Assembly: GCA_964016885.1 (NCBI GenBank)
Contig: OZ024742.1
Span: 80,228,001-80,292,000 of the forward strand
From: Eledone cirrhosa
Lineage: Eukaryota
Reading direction: 5' to 3'
Length of the DNA stretch: 64,000 bases
A model generated the notes under the pieces. The model saw only the letters and a list, made by a program, of their open reading frames with translations. It had not been told where the DNA came from and ran no database searches. Both the position numbers and the translations under genes were made by a program. Below are positions 25,900 through 43,099 of this stretch, piece by piece. Every line of letters starts with the position of its first letter. The first letter of the stretch is position 1.

Positions 25900-27200
25900 T
25901 GTGGGTGTATCGTTAGGAGTTAACAGTGACACATATTACTGTATCTCCTTTAGTAATGTACGGCTGATGGTACGCGATTCCTTATTCATCCGGCTGGAGC
26001 CCACTAATGTCGAAAATAACCATCGTACTTAGTGAATGTATCACTATGCACCACCTGCGATCCGTTCTCATCAGGGTAGCCTTAACTTGAAGTGTATGCC
26101 GGCTAGCACCGATCTCTGGAAAGGCACGTAAGGAATCGGGAGTGATAATACCAATTTTTAAAAAGGGCGACAAGAAGGAATGTTCCAATTATAGAGATAT
26201 TTCAGTGTTACGTTCCTTGGCTATCCGCAGTCTATGCTGAGGAATGACGTTTAACTAGCGGTCTAACTTTTCATGTACGACTAGTTGTTATGAAATGGCC
26301 AAAATAAACATCATCATTAAATCCTTTGTCAAATAGAACCTGATAATGTCAGTGTCATACGTTTGTTGAAGGATTTAAGTTTAAATTGTTTATATAAGTT
26401 ATGAAGCACTGAAAAGTTCCAGTATAATGATGACCATTGATTATTATCTTTTGCATGATTAAGTGTGTCAATAATAATTGTTTCTACATTTGGCACAAGG
26501 CCAACAATTTTTCCAGTGCATTACTGGCAATTTATTTTATCGACCCCGTAAGGATGAAAGGCAAAGTTAACCTCGGCGGGATTTGAACTCTGACCATAAA
26601 GGGCCGTAACTATAGTGAAAATCATGGCGTCCGACCCTCTACCGATACTGCTAAATCATTATTCAACTTGCTTTTGTCATCCTGCAATATAACGTTCTTG
26701 CTGTTATGGTAGGCTATACGCTAACGTTTGAAAGTGCAGGTAGGTCTCACGCTAAAGTGTAAATGGTCTGGTAGATCACACGCTGAAATTTCTCCAGGAG
26801 GTCTTTTATGGCCATGAATCTTGGATAATGACCAAACGAATACGATAAAGAAAACAGGTGGCCAAAATTGGGTTCCTCCGAAGACTCTATGGAGTAACGT
26901 TACTTGATAGAGTTCATAGATCGGAGATCAAGGAGTCACTGAAGGTACAATCACTAGCTCTCTAAATTGCGAGATCACAGCTCCGATATTAGGCGTATAT
27001 GGTTAGAATGCCTCAGAAAATAATCACTGGATAGATTTTACGAGCAATTCAACTGGCAATTCCAAAGGCTACATCCCGGGTTAGATGTTTGAATAACATC
27101 TATGGACTCTGCTTGAGTCGGTTGGGGAGTCAGCTGGATCAATTGGGGTAAGTTACTTCTGACACATGCTCTAGAGGACGCTGCACCCATGAATAAATAG
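25900..27200 (+). mobile_element. Decayed RTE LINE (Expander/Rex3-like), interrupted by a SINE
   Basis: IIPIFKKGDKKECSNYRDISVL (~26145-26210) and VAKIGFLRRLYGVTLLDRVHRSEIKESLKVQSL..IARSQLRY..MVRMP (~26860-27015). The left boundary is uncertain. Confidence 0.7.
26470..26655 (-). mobile_element. tRNA-derived SINE
   Basis: Same family as 21890-22085. Confidence 0.85.
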
Positions 27201-27849
27201 GCGAAGACGAAGAAGAGCTGACGAAATACTATGCATTCAATATACACACCCACAAGCAAACACAACCACACACTCATACCCACAAACACACAAAAATACA
27301 CGTTTTTCTATGGCAGTTGATTCTCGCATTCCTCCGCCCATTAACTACTTTTATTTCTCTCTCCGCAGCATGTCGAGAAATCAACCTCTTCGTTATGCAA
27401 GCTTAGCGCCGTTAAGGTTTATTCCCCGATGATCCAACAATACCACATGTCGCATTGGATTTCATGTTACCAGTAGAGACCGAAAGTGACCTGGCATAGT
27501 ACATGCATGCGAATACCCATATATGCATAACAAAAAACATTCAGACATACTTAGTATACACATACATACATAGATATAGAGAAATGTCATAGTCAAGTAT
27601 ATTTCCTTACATAATTCCTTACATAATTCTGGTTCTTAAAGGGTTATACAATAGTTAATGAATCTATTTTTATCATTAGTTCTTAGCGGATAATGACTGT
27701 CATGTTACACCTGCTACTATCATGTTAAAGTTCGCAAGTCTATGGAGCATGTTTATCTATTTAAGCTGTTGTATAAATGCACAACACTAAGAAATGCGCT
27801 ACTGGACAACCCACACAAACGCATTGACGACAGCACCAACGAAAGAATC

Positions 27850-28200
27850 TATAACTATCATAGCCCTACCACCGCTAGCCTAAAGGTAGTAAGTTCTGCC
27901 TACAATAATACCACTATAACTGAGGCAATGCAAGATCCAACGCAGCCTCCAGAACATTACCACATCATAATAAACAGACCTCTAGCAACATAAATCATAA
28001 TGAAATAAGACAACGACGTAACAAATCCCGCTCACATAATACCCTGTGGTATAACTTCACTGGCCATAAAACTAACATTGTATTGTTTTCAGATCAGTGC
28101 ACAAATGTTCATCCAAACCAATAAGTTGAGCTGACTTTTTAATATAATGCATACTATTAATTTATCCTATTCTTCTACAAAATAGCTAATATTAATAATA
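27850..28200 (+). mobile_element. Old Naiad-like PLE fragment (RT-EN linker)
   Basis: RRNKSRSHNTLWYN...HTINLSYSSTK matches RKRNRSRNILWF...HTIKLTYSSTK of the 13.5 kb element. Confidence 0.55.
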
Positions 28201-28575
28201 GCAAGATAGAAAGAAAACGCAATCAAAGGGGAGTGTGGTAGAACGTACACCTGCAAATAACAGTACGGTGCTAGAAAAGATAAAGAGATTGGATTTTTAT
28301 AGATTTCCTATTATTAATGAACTGTTGAAACTCATTTGCATACAGAGCGGTTGCCCGCAATTAGAAATATAGTTTCAGCAAAAGCGGTGTGATGAAGACA
28401 TGATAACGACTTATGAGTGAGAAACCGTGGCATCGTTGATTACTTCCTCTTACCTTTGCTGAAGCTACCTATCTGACGTTCATCACTACCTTACAATTCA
28501 TAGCGAAAAGCCTTCGAAATATTTTGAAATAAACATACAGTGTATTGTTAAATATACAATACGTACATTCACACT

Positions 28576-28740
<165 letters not shown>

Positions 28741-28842
28741 ATATACATATATATACTTTTTCCTATTACGCACTATACTACCCTAAGTATTGAGTACTCT
28801 GGTGCGTTATGGTCCATCTGGTTTCTTACCACAACTGCTGCG

Positions 28843-28879
<37 letters not shown>

Positions 28880-29282
28880 AAGTGGGAATGGGATGTACTC
28901 ATATATCATTGTTATATTTATTCCCGTGTGATTCGCTTTTAACGATCGATCAGCTCTTACTTTCTATTGGTTTCGAAATTACTCCTTCTAGTATCGATAT
29001 CTCATCAGACATGTCGTATCCTTAATAATGGAATATATCTATGTGAAACTTACAATATACTTAAGCCGTTGCAAGTCCACATCCTGTTGTATAGTCATAT
29101 CTTTCATTAGTTTTGATTGGTCTAGGCTCCACTAATAGAATGAAAGAAGTGAGGCAGGATATATATTTAAACAATAATACAATGTCCAGAAAGGTACCCG
29201 GTTATTCACCGGTTTTTCAAACTCGTGAACCAATAATAATGTAACAATACTCACACATAATATACATATATATATATATTCT

Positions 29283-32677
<3,395 letters not shown>

Positions 32678-32686
32678 AAATTGATG

Positions 32687-32717
<31 letters not shown>

Positions 32718-32814
32718 GTTGATGTATATATATATATATTAGAAAGTGCACCACTTCGTCGAGTGCACCAATCTTCATACTGAGGTGTCGGCAAACAACC
32801 ATCATATACTCAAA

Positions 32815-32854
<40 letters not shown>

Positions 32855-33096
32855 TTTGAGTATATGATGGTTGTTTGCCGACACTTCAGTATGAAGATTG
32901 GTGCACTCGACGAAGTACGCAGGTTGGTTTGTTTACTCCGGAGTAATGTAAAATAATTAAGTCAAATATGTAAATAAATATGATTCCAATTCCTAAGAGA
33001 GATAACAACACTACCAGGCGCCTGCCATATCGATGTATTGACGGAGTAAAACACACTTCAACAACATGTGTTTCTGTCCTTCCCACGCCAATTCGA

Positions 33097-33151
33097 ACTG
33101 CCTGAAGAGGTCACAGCCAATGATGGCTGTCGCCGAAAGATATATAGCAGT
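33097..33151 (+). ncRNA. Type-I hammerhead ribozyme in an orphan module (32851-33210)
   Basis: actgc-CTGAAGA-gg.cacagcca-atga-tggctgtcgcc-GAAA-gatata-TA-gcagt. One helix III mismatch. Confidence 0.75.
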
Positions 33152-33260
33152 ATATCTATAAGTTGTAATAAACGAAGCAAAATTTTACATATTTGAATTG
33201 ATTATTTTATATATATGTATATATAATATAAGATCAAAAGTTAGTTAACAGAGTTCCAAG

Positions 33261-33331
33261 TATTTTATTATGCGCATTTCAAAAACAAATATCATCATGG
33301 GATGATATCTGCATTTTCATCAGATAAAATA
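33261..33331 (-). ncRNA. Type-I hammerhead ribozyme in an orphan module (33225-33500)
   Basis: tattttat-CTGATGA-aaatgcagatatcatc-ccat-gatgatatttgttttt-GAAA-tgcgca-TA-ataaaata: intact core, 8-bp helix I, perfect palindromic helix III. Confidence 0.9.
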
Positions 33332-33525
33332 AGGATTCATGATATGAAGCTTAAAAAAACCTGTGAATAGTGAAGCTTTAAATCAACATATAATCAACAG
33401 TTTTAGATCCTATATTATTTATACTCCAGTCCTACAAACTGTAGAGTGCTACCCATCCGATATTTGCATTGCTTTATTGTGCTACAATAAAACTCACCTC
33501 ACACACACACACACACACACAACAT

Positions 33526-33624
<99 letters not shown>

Positions 33625-33817
33625 GAGAGAGAGAGAGAGAGGGGGGAAAAGAGTCAGCTATATTCGCACTGTTTGGATCTAGCTGTCGAAACAGCTGGAG
33701 CTCCAGCCGTCGGGGTCCTGAATATATTTGTATTACCCATTCTACTACCCGAAGTAACAAGTACTCTGGTGCGTTATGGTGCACCTGGTTTCTTACCACA
33801 CTTTCTTTCTTATATAT

Positions 33818-33904
<87 letters not shown>

Positions 33905-33908
<4 letters not shown>

Positions 33909-35872
33909 CACTGAAAACATTACTCACCAATGCCAAATTACCTACCACAAACCCACAACCAAGTGTCAACAAATGTGGTCGCTCTAATTCTGGAACCTGC
34001 ACTCACCTCATTGAAGGCAACACGTATACATTTAAATCAGGACAACATTTTACTGTAAAATATCACTTCACTTGCTCATGAAAAAATCTACTTTATGCCA
34101 TTGAATGTAAAGGATGCAATGAAGATTATATAGGACAAACTAAACTCACACTCAGAAACAGAATGACAGTTCATCGCCAACAATTACGAGATCCAACCAC
34201 GAGACAGATACCACTAAGTGCACATCTAGACATTTGCGCAAGTAATAAGACACCCAAATTCCAAGTCTTCCCATTTTACCTTTGCGGTAACAATACAACA
34301 GTACAAATACGAATAAATAAGGAAAATATGTTCATTCAAAAATATAGACCAGCATTAAATATGGTTTAATATACATTATGTCAACACCATAATATGACAT
34401 ACACACACACACATAACACCTACTTTAGAAAATAAAAACCCGAACTAAATAAACCTTAACATACGTTTGCACTGACAATACAACAGAACAAATACCAATA
34501 AGTAAGGAAAATATGTTCATCAAAAATATTCCTACTAAAGGAATCATTTTCCTACACACACACACACACACACAATATATATATATATATTCTCTTCATC
34601 TTAACCTGCTAACCATACTCCCACACACATAACACCGATACACACACATAACAACTCCCACACCCACAACTCCCTCCCCCATTTCTACTAATAGAATCAC
34701 TTTCCTACACACATATATACACACACACAAAATATATATTCTCTCCATCTTAACATACTCGCACACACACACATAACACCCATATACACACACACATACA
34801 ACTCCCTCCCCCATTTCTACTAATAGAATCATCTCCCAATACACACATACACACACACACACACAAGCACACAAATAAACATACATATCTTTACTTCAAT
34901 AGAAAATCTGAACTCTGACACCCCAGCGAACTAACCATATTCACTGAAACAGAATAATTCTCCCCTCCCATTTCTCTTGACCACTATCTTTTCCTTGTCA
35001 TAACAATCTCTATAAAGGCTACAGAATAGATTTCCAAATAAGGGCGCGAAAATGTAATGAAAACTTGTTCACGTGACAGCAAAATTTCATTGATAACCAA
35101 TCAAATCACGTTTATTAAAAAAAAGCCTTCGTGAGCCACCTTTTTTTAAAGTAAAGAAATACAAACACACACACACAACACACACAAACACACACACACA
35201 CAAGCACACAAATAAACATACATATCTTTACTTTCTTTATTCAATAGAAAATATGAATTCTGCCACCCCAGCGAACTAACCATATTCACTGAACCAGAAC
35301 AATTCTCCCATCCCATTTCTCTTGACCATTATCTTTCACTTATCATAAAATTCTCTAAAAACGCTACAGAATGGATTTCCAAATAAGGGCGCGAAAATTT
35401 AATGAAAACTTGTTCATGTGACAACCATAATTTCATTAATAACCAATCCAAAAAAAAAGCCTTCGTGAGCCCCTTTTTTCAAGTAAAAACAAATTCAAAC
35501 ACTCATATATGAAAAAAACAACTAGTTACAACACCCCCTCTTATTTGAAGAGCTATTGTAACGCGAACTGGCGCGAAATTTATTATAATTATTGACTAAC
35601 CAATCAAATTACTTCTCGAAAAACCTGGTATTTCGAGCCACTTTTTTCCATATAAAACAAGTAACATTCAGAGACCAACCAGATGTGAGAAAAACCACAG
35701 ACCCTCCATCTCAACTCTACTTTTGAAAAGCAGAAGAACTGCGAAACCGGTAAAGGAATCAAAAATAAGACTCCAGTTGCATTTTCGATTTCATCTCTTT
35801 TTCTTTATACTTTCACTCGTGTAGGACACCTCGGTTATTTTTCAATTTGTAAAAAAAACCTCACTTTCTAAT
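33905..35872 (+). mobile_element. Second copy of the 3' part (GIY-YIG + pLTR) of the 29.3-32.6 kb Neptune PLE
   Basis: Nearly identical to 30901-32578, including a shared TGA. It has an internal ~300-bp duplication (34860-35160 vs 35200-35490). Confidence 0.9.
35720..35755 (+). ncRNA. Minimal hammerhead ribozyme, U3-A8 core variant
   Basis: Identical to 32406-32441. Confidence 0.75.
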
Positions 35873-36129
35873 ATATATATATATTTGTGTGTGTGTGAGT
35901 TTATATGGATATAGGGGGGAGAGAAAGTGGAAGTGGAATTGGAAACAGCACAGAAAATATATCAAAAGGACCGGCATTTCTTTTTATTTCTTTGACCCGT
36001 CAGATTGACACTATTGCAAAGATGAGAGGAACAATTTTTTTTAATGAGTTTTATATTGTATATAAAATATAACCGTTTTCGATGTATCGCTGTAATCCAT
36101 CTTATCACATTTTGAATATTACAATTAAA

Positions 36130-37870
36130 AAGAATTAAAAAGAATAACAAATTTAAAATTTACTGTTAACCCGCAACATAAACGCCATACACCCCAAAGA
36201 AATTCACCAAGACCACTTGGAATCCCATCAGAACCTTCCCACATTAAAAACTACAACGGCTATCACCACCGACACTACAAAAGCAACCTCATAACATCAA
36301 CACTATGTATCCCACAAAGAATCCACGCGGACCACATTAACCAATAACAAAACTCTTACACAATAACAACTACAACATATCCCACCCCCATCACCGCATT
36401 AACTCTCATAAAAAAGACTATTGATCCATACAAAACAAACAGACTACAATTAGACCCAAAATAACATTCCTCTTTTAGAAAAAAGACTGAAATACGAGCA
36501 CATCCGATGGCTCCCAGTCACGAGAAACCGAAGCTACTTAACCTTACAAAGATATTAACACAAACATTACCATATTAATTAAGAGACTGAAATCTACACG
36601 CACACCACACAAATCTAACTTCCCCGAAATGAAAGATGACATCATGGAATTCTACCGAAAACTTACACCAATAAAATACTTCTCCAATGACACCAACACT
36701 GTAGACGAATCAATAGTCAGAAACAAAAGTAATTTCTGCCCACAGAACGGAATGTACAAAGCACTGGACACCTACTGAGAAAGCACGTCAACTTTCCCTA
36801 TGAAAACATTGCAAATAAACACACGAAACCAAACCTCTATAAACACGAATGGAAATATATATTCCCACTTCCAGGTAACACTGGAATAACCGTCAAAGAA
36901 GCCGATAAAGGAAGCACTGTAGTCATCATGAATACTGACTACTATAGGGACTTAAAATCTTAGACTCCAACAACAACTACGAAGACCAGAAAAATACAAA
37001 CGAGCTAAACCAGTGGGGAATCTCCTTGCATCACTACAAAAATATCGCAATAGCCTAAGCACAAAAGAATCTGAATACATAACCTATTTCAAATGTAAAA
37101 GAAGTACTTTTTACAGCTTACCGAAGATCCTCGAATATAAACTCATATACGACGCATGTGACACTTCGACTAACAAATACATACAATTAACACCACCAGA
37201 AGACTTAAAACTCAGACCAATTTTAATAGGCCCTGCAAGTCACAGACTCACCAAATTCCTGGACATCGTACTGAACTCCTTCCTAAAACATACAGATTTG
37301 CACAAGGGATGACCTTGATATGCTGAACCACCTACCTAAAACCTACCAATTCTAGTTTCCTTTGACGTAATATACCCCACAACTTTGTAATAAGGGCAAT
37401 CCAGTACGGGATAGACACACACCGATCTAGATACCAAAACGCATCAACAAAATCTTTGTTATTGACGGACTCCGATTTATCTTACAGAATAATTATTTTA
37501 CTTTCAATGTTTCGACATACCAACAGATCTCAGGTACTGCAATGGGCACGAAGGTAGGCCGTACAAACGCCAACTTAGTCAAGGGATTCCACAAATATCA
37601 ATTCTACAACCAATCCCTTCTATTATTCGGAGACGTTTTCCTGTACATCTCAACAACACTTGGATGAAATACCTAGAGGGTTGCTTTATACTATAGCAGA
37701 AAAAATGAATACACTCACTGTTTTCAAAAATATGATAAACAACATTAACAATAACATACGATTCACAATAGAATCCTACTCCAAAGAATTAGCCCTCTTG
37801 GGTATACTTATTTTAAAAACAGATGGGAAAATAGAAACATATATCTTTTATAAACCCACGCACTCCAATA
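36130..37870 (+). mobile_element. Older decayed Neptune-type PLE RT
   Basis: KEADKGSTVV, FYSLPKI, LKLRPILIG, GTAMGTK, YKPTHS. Many stops. Confidence 0.8.
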
Positions 37871-37961
37871 TATATACATACATTTATAAACATATGTATG
37901 CACCTACACACACAAAAACACACGCACACACATATCTATACATATATATAAAACTGTAGTT

Positions 37962-38000
<39 letters not shown>

Positions 38001-38008
38001 CGTGGGTG

Positions 38009-38042
<34 letters not shown>

Positions 38043-38060
38043 GGGGTGTATGCGTGGGTG

Positions 38061-38111
<51 letters not shown>

Positions 38112-38534
38112 TCATTTTTGCAAAGTCTATACAAATCCACATTTCTACTCAAATTGACTTCAAACTTGCATTTATGTATTCCTTGCGGTCAAAAGATATT
38201 AACTGCAGCTTTTACTTTTCAATTTTCTGTTGTTAAAGGGGTGTTAGGCGCTGGTTATCGATCTCCGTCGTGCCCTTATAATATCTATCTGTAGGTCTGG
38301 CTGCCTGCATTACGACATTTTGAAAGACATTGATGGCGTATTAAGTTCGCTATTTTCCGTTCATTGCCAGGGAACGTCTTTACGAACCAAAGTATCGTCT
38401 ACCTGTTTTCCTTCAATTGCAACGTTTTTCGAAATATTTACTTCTGCGTTCACAGATTGATTTATTTAGTTTCAGAAGATCCCGCTTAGGGTGAAAGCGG
38501 CGATTCTTTGCTTAAAGTTTAATATGTTATTTTA

Positions 38535-39239
38535 ATATATAATATAAGCGAGGCAAGCCAGCCCAGTTGTTACTTCTTTCCAATAAACATTAACCCTTTG
38601 TGCGCCATTCATCTAACTGTAGACCAACAAATACTAACTAAATGGAGCGTTGATAAGAACGATGGCGAATGAATCTTCGAGGTAAGCAGTTTCCTCCCGA
38701 GCTGTTAGTTCACGCGGGATTTTTTGCTACACCTTTTCCTAATAATAATGAACCACGTACTGCTGGTCACTCCTTCCTCCAAAAGTCGTACAAAGCGGAC
38801 ATGTGCATCGGGCAGAATGATCGGGTGCAAATCTACACAGGGCTACGCGAGAAATTCGCAAGGGACTGCACTGAGAGTGATAGAGAGAAAAACTAACCTA
38901 GTGGAAAGTGTGCGAATGAATTTTTGAGGTAAGTAGCCTACGCCTTACTGCTATTGCACTGGAGCCTTCTTCCAACTTAACCTGTGACTTTCTCTTTCAC
39001 ATTTACTCCAAAAAGGCCAACAACAGAGGAGTATGAAAAGAAGGAGCTCAACAATATTTCTATGAACAATGCACGTAGACAGCTAAACTGTACTTTCAAC
39101 TTCTTAATTTTCTCCAAATAAAACGTTTCCTGTGGGTATATTTTCGTGAATTTTTAACAGGCACTCACAAATAAAGGTTTCGCATTGGAGGTGCTATTAC
39201 CAATATTCTTAACCGTGCAACGCCGGGATACACTGCTAG
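38535..39239 (+). mobile_element. Probable non-autonomous Helitron
   Basis: 3' end ccgtgcaacgccggg hairpin, short spacer, CTAG, then T (39213-39240). Internal repeat gcgaatgaat.tt.gaggtaag.ag at 38665 and 38912. The 5' end is only approximate. Confidence 0.55.
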
Positions 39240-40784
39240 TATCTATATCTAATTGCATTATATTTTATCAGTGTCGTTAGTATGTAGGTGTATATTTGAA
39301 CTGCATTTTTATTCCTTCAATTAAGTTGCAACAAGGAATGGAGCAGATGTTGCTTATTGAGAATTTCTACTTATACAATATGTGTATACACTAAGTGGGT
39401 ATTATTTTCATATCATTGAAATAAATTAATCTCACAGCCTAATTCACACATTTTTCTCTTTGTTAAATCAGCGTTTTCAGAAATAATTAGTTACTTCAAG
39501 GCCCTATTTAAAATAATGAATTCTTTTCAAACGCAAAAGAAACATACCGAAACAAAATAAAAGGGCCTGCAAAGATGTCTATATCATGGAAACGAAAATA
39601 ACAGTAATCTTCAAAATCAATACTCGATTTGGTGTTAATTTCGTTCCATTAATTCAAGAAATCTGTTTTAGAATGAAAGAAGACAAGAGGAAATATTTGC
39701 ATCATAAACCGATAAAAAGGAATACTCCGTAATCTCGAATATAATGATTTAATATGACTACTCGTTAAAATAACATGTAAGTTGATGAGAATTCCATACA
39801 ATCGTGTAATAGTTTGGCATAATCAATGAAACACGTCAAAAATCTCTAATTTGAAATATTCGTACAATCCACCCAACAGATTTCTACAGAATGTGTTTCG
39901 ACACAACTTCAATCAAAATGGCTTGAGTCAGCTTCAGGTTATAGTAAAATATACTTAGCAAAGTAATCATGTGAGGGGATCGAACACAACTTCTACATAA
40001 TCAAATACCTCTACATAATCACCTATATATATACTTACTGTCATGCCTTAACTCTATTTTATTGTGTTATGCGTAATTCCTTATAAAAGCATATTTTATG
40101 CGTGCATTGATGTGTAGATATGTATTGCCCCAAGTAAGTTTTAACCTTAATTTATTATCACCTTCCAAATATGTAACAGCAATGTACTTGGGAGGATATC
40201 TTTTTCTATTTAAATATCCTGCGAGAGAAGCAACATATTTTCCCGTGCGCTGTGATTATGGTTTGTAACTACATCGAAACAAAAGTTATTCCCCTATATG
40301 ATTTACCCCATAAACGAAATATATTGTCAGGCGAACTTATATGTTTTTTCTCAACACAACTCAGCGATTCGCTGCTGCCATAATTCATTACCATGTAAAG
40401 CTAGAGTTTCGCTCCTATTTGAAACATTAACCCCGTAAATGTCAGATGGGTCTAAGAGGTGGACGACATATCATATTTAAAGTATGCTATTGTCGTCAGT
40501 ACCTTGATTATTTATGTCATATTGTTTTCCAGATTAGAGGATGATCACGAGGGCTAATCAATACATTAAAAAAACCAACGCAGCATACGTTGTCTAGAAA
40601 TGGTAGGTAGGATTATATTAAGAATATATAAGCTGACAAGACCCTACGGAGGTTTCACACAGCAGTGGATAGAAAACGGTCAAAATGAATGTAATAGCAA
40701 GATAATTGATTGGGAGTGGTGTTGGGTCATATTTAACTGGGTGATATCTAACAACATCTCATTGATAAAATGACAAGTCAGTCA

Positions 40785-41250
40785 ATCATATTGGGGGCCT
40801 CCCCACATCCTGGCGGACAGAATGGAGGTAGCCCTAGGGCCGAGGACACAAGAAGTCTCCACTACCAAGGGTACAACCGCAAATCTGTCGGAGAGCGACC
40901 GGTATTTGAGGAGTTTGGCCTCCTCATCCCAACGTACAGCAGAACCTGGGTTGGTCGCAGACTGCACCAGGTTGCGGCTGTAGAAAGTGTCGGTGCAAGT
41001 GGCATCCCAGACGAGGGGTTTGCCACCGCGGAACGGAAAAATGGTCGTGCCATCTGGCCTTTTACCGTCCCCTCAGTGCAGCACCACCGGCTTGAGTTGT
41101 GAGCGAACCCTGCAGCGTCACGGCCATGATTTATGACCTCGTTGAGGGCAGCATGGTGTGGAAGGTGGCCGGCACTGTGACGACAGGAAAGCGGGTGGAG
41201 GCCGAAAGTGTCGACGGTGGATCCACAGCGACATTGGTGTGACTCGCAGA
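40785..41250 (-). mobile_element. CRE-like non-LTR retrotransposon 3' fragment (CCHC + REL endonuclease)
   Basis: CRCGSTVDTFGLHPLSC...HAALNEVI, then frameshifted RPDG..F.RGK.L.WD.T and KLLKYRSL..RFAVVPLVVETS.VLGP. Confidence 0.75.
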
Positions 41251-42699
41251 TCAAAATTGTGATAGGTATCGTATTAACATTTTTAATTCTGTGATCATCA
41301 ACAAGCCTATTTCAACCTAAACAGTTGTTTGATGTAGATGCACTGGTGTATTATAATTCTTGAGAAAAACAAGGAATAAATCCAAACATGCTTCCGACGT
41401 CTTTCAGAAACGTATACATCCCACGATATTTATGGAAGATTTGATGATAGAACAATCATGTACCTATGAGTTATTGTGCAGCAGTAGTTGTGCTACTCAC
41501 AGTAACCCAATGTATGGAAAAGGTTCACTGCCCCTATCCGTATGGAAGACAATATTAATGTTAGTATTAAACTATATGTTGATGCTCACTGTATTAAACA
41601 TTTTAACAATAACTTAACAATTGTCTTTCAAGCGGATACCATTTCTAAGTTATATCCATTACTAATTATGTATTTTGAAATTATTAATATAACAGCATTA
41701 TAGGTAGGAATTGTACGGAGGTCGACTGAAACATTCATATGTTGACAATGAACGATTGAAGCTAGAGCTGTGAAATATTTCATGCATTTATATCAACTCT
41801 TCTTGTTATATAATCGTTTCGTTTCTTTCCAGGGACTATGTTGAAAAATAAAACTAATTTGGTCATTCCATGAGAGTATTTTTCAGTCGATCCTTGAATA
41901 TTTTCGGGCATCTGGGTAGTGGAGAATCCCGACGAAATTGAGTTGTTTTATTACCAAGTGTAACTAATTTTATTTTAGTAGGGAAAATTTAATAATTCTG
42001 TTTAAACGATTAGTATATTCTTAATTTATTTTATTTAAAAATATGTATTCCATGCATACATTTCTTAAAATAATTTAGTTCGGTTACTATGTATTTGTTT
42101 AATGCAAATGTTTCGGATGAAGGTTTAATAATAATTTCGTTTGTACGATTATATTTAAGCATATTCTTTGTCGTTTACTTGAATATTTTAGGATATTTTT
42201 TGTCAATAATATTATATTTAGACAATATATATTTATATTAAGACAGAATATTGTTTAATAATATTAAGACAGAATATTGCTTAATAATAGTTATATTAAG
42301 ATATTTAATTTTTGTTTATGTTGTACTGTTTAAATATATGGGTTGATTTTAATTTTAATTCTGTTAGATAATTATTTCGATTTTGTAATAAATATATATT
42401 CGTATATTTGTTTGATATAAATGTTTTGGGGTAATTTTAATTATTTCATATATACAATTCTATTTAACAATTTATTAAAGCTTTTACTTGAAATTATGTT
42501 GTTATTTTTAGGCAGTAATTTCATGTTAAGATTAAACATGTTTAATAATTTATCTAGGCTTGTTTAAAATCACATTTAGCTTTACAAAACCTTTTGATAG
42601 TTGATTACGTATTTCAAGTTCAACTTTCCTTCATTTCGTTGTATTTTTTAGGTTTTCTCATTAAGTACTTTTGTAGTAGGCTATGTGCTTCAACACCTG

Positions 42700-43040
42700 T
42701 CTGAGGTGCATCTACAACACCAAATGGCCAGAGAAGATCAGAAACAAGGACCTGTGGGAGCGAGCGAGACAGGGCACATGACAAAGCAGATTCTGCGGTG
42801 GAAGTGGGGTTGGATTACACATACTGTCAGGAAAGCAGCATCCAGCACCACACACAGAGTATGAGGAAGTGAAGCCGGCCCCGCCTCAGCTGGAAGCGTG
42901 ACACAGTGGTTGAATTAATAAAACTGGAAGCCAAATAGAGTGGAGTTGTGAGAGCGGCTCAGGATCGTGTACGATGGTGGATGGTCATTAATAGCCTCTG
43001 CTTGAAAGAGAGCGATGGGTCTGAATGAATGATGATGTTT
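42700..43040 (+). mobile_element. RTE LINE 3' fragment
   Basis: WPEKIRNKDLWERARQ...QILRWKWGWITHTVRK, ending in a tgaatgaatgatgatg tail. Confidence 0.65.
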
Positions 43041-43099
43041 TAACCCTTTAGTAAGTATTATAATTACCCATATTTCGGATGGAATCAATGGATATTGCA

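Noticed and set aside
28385-28436. HHR-like GTGATGA...GAAAccgtgg
   Set aside because: C3 and U16.1 are altered and helix II is poor.
28964-29012. HHR-like CTGATGA...GAAA on the minus strand
   Set aside because: No valid NUH, helix III or helix I. At best a decayed pLTR.
33363-33987. Long ORFs with YIYI/THTH/CVCV runs (also 28.5, 38.0, 50.2 and 55.8 kb)
   Set aside because: Dinucleotide repeat artefacts.
39915-39992. Possible remnant of a second SINE family
   Set aside because: Only a weak B-box-like match, too decayed to support.
41300-41560. Possible very old R4/Dong remnant on the + strand
   Set aside because: Only two faint motif echoes, which is insufficient.
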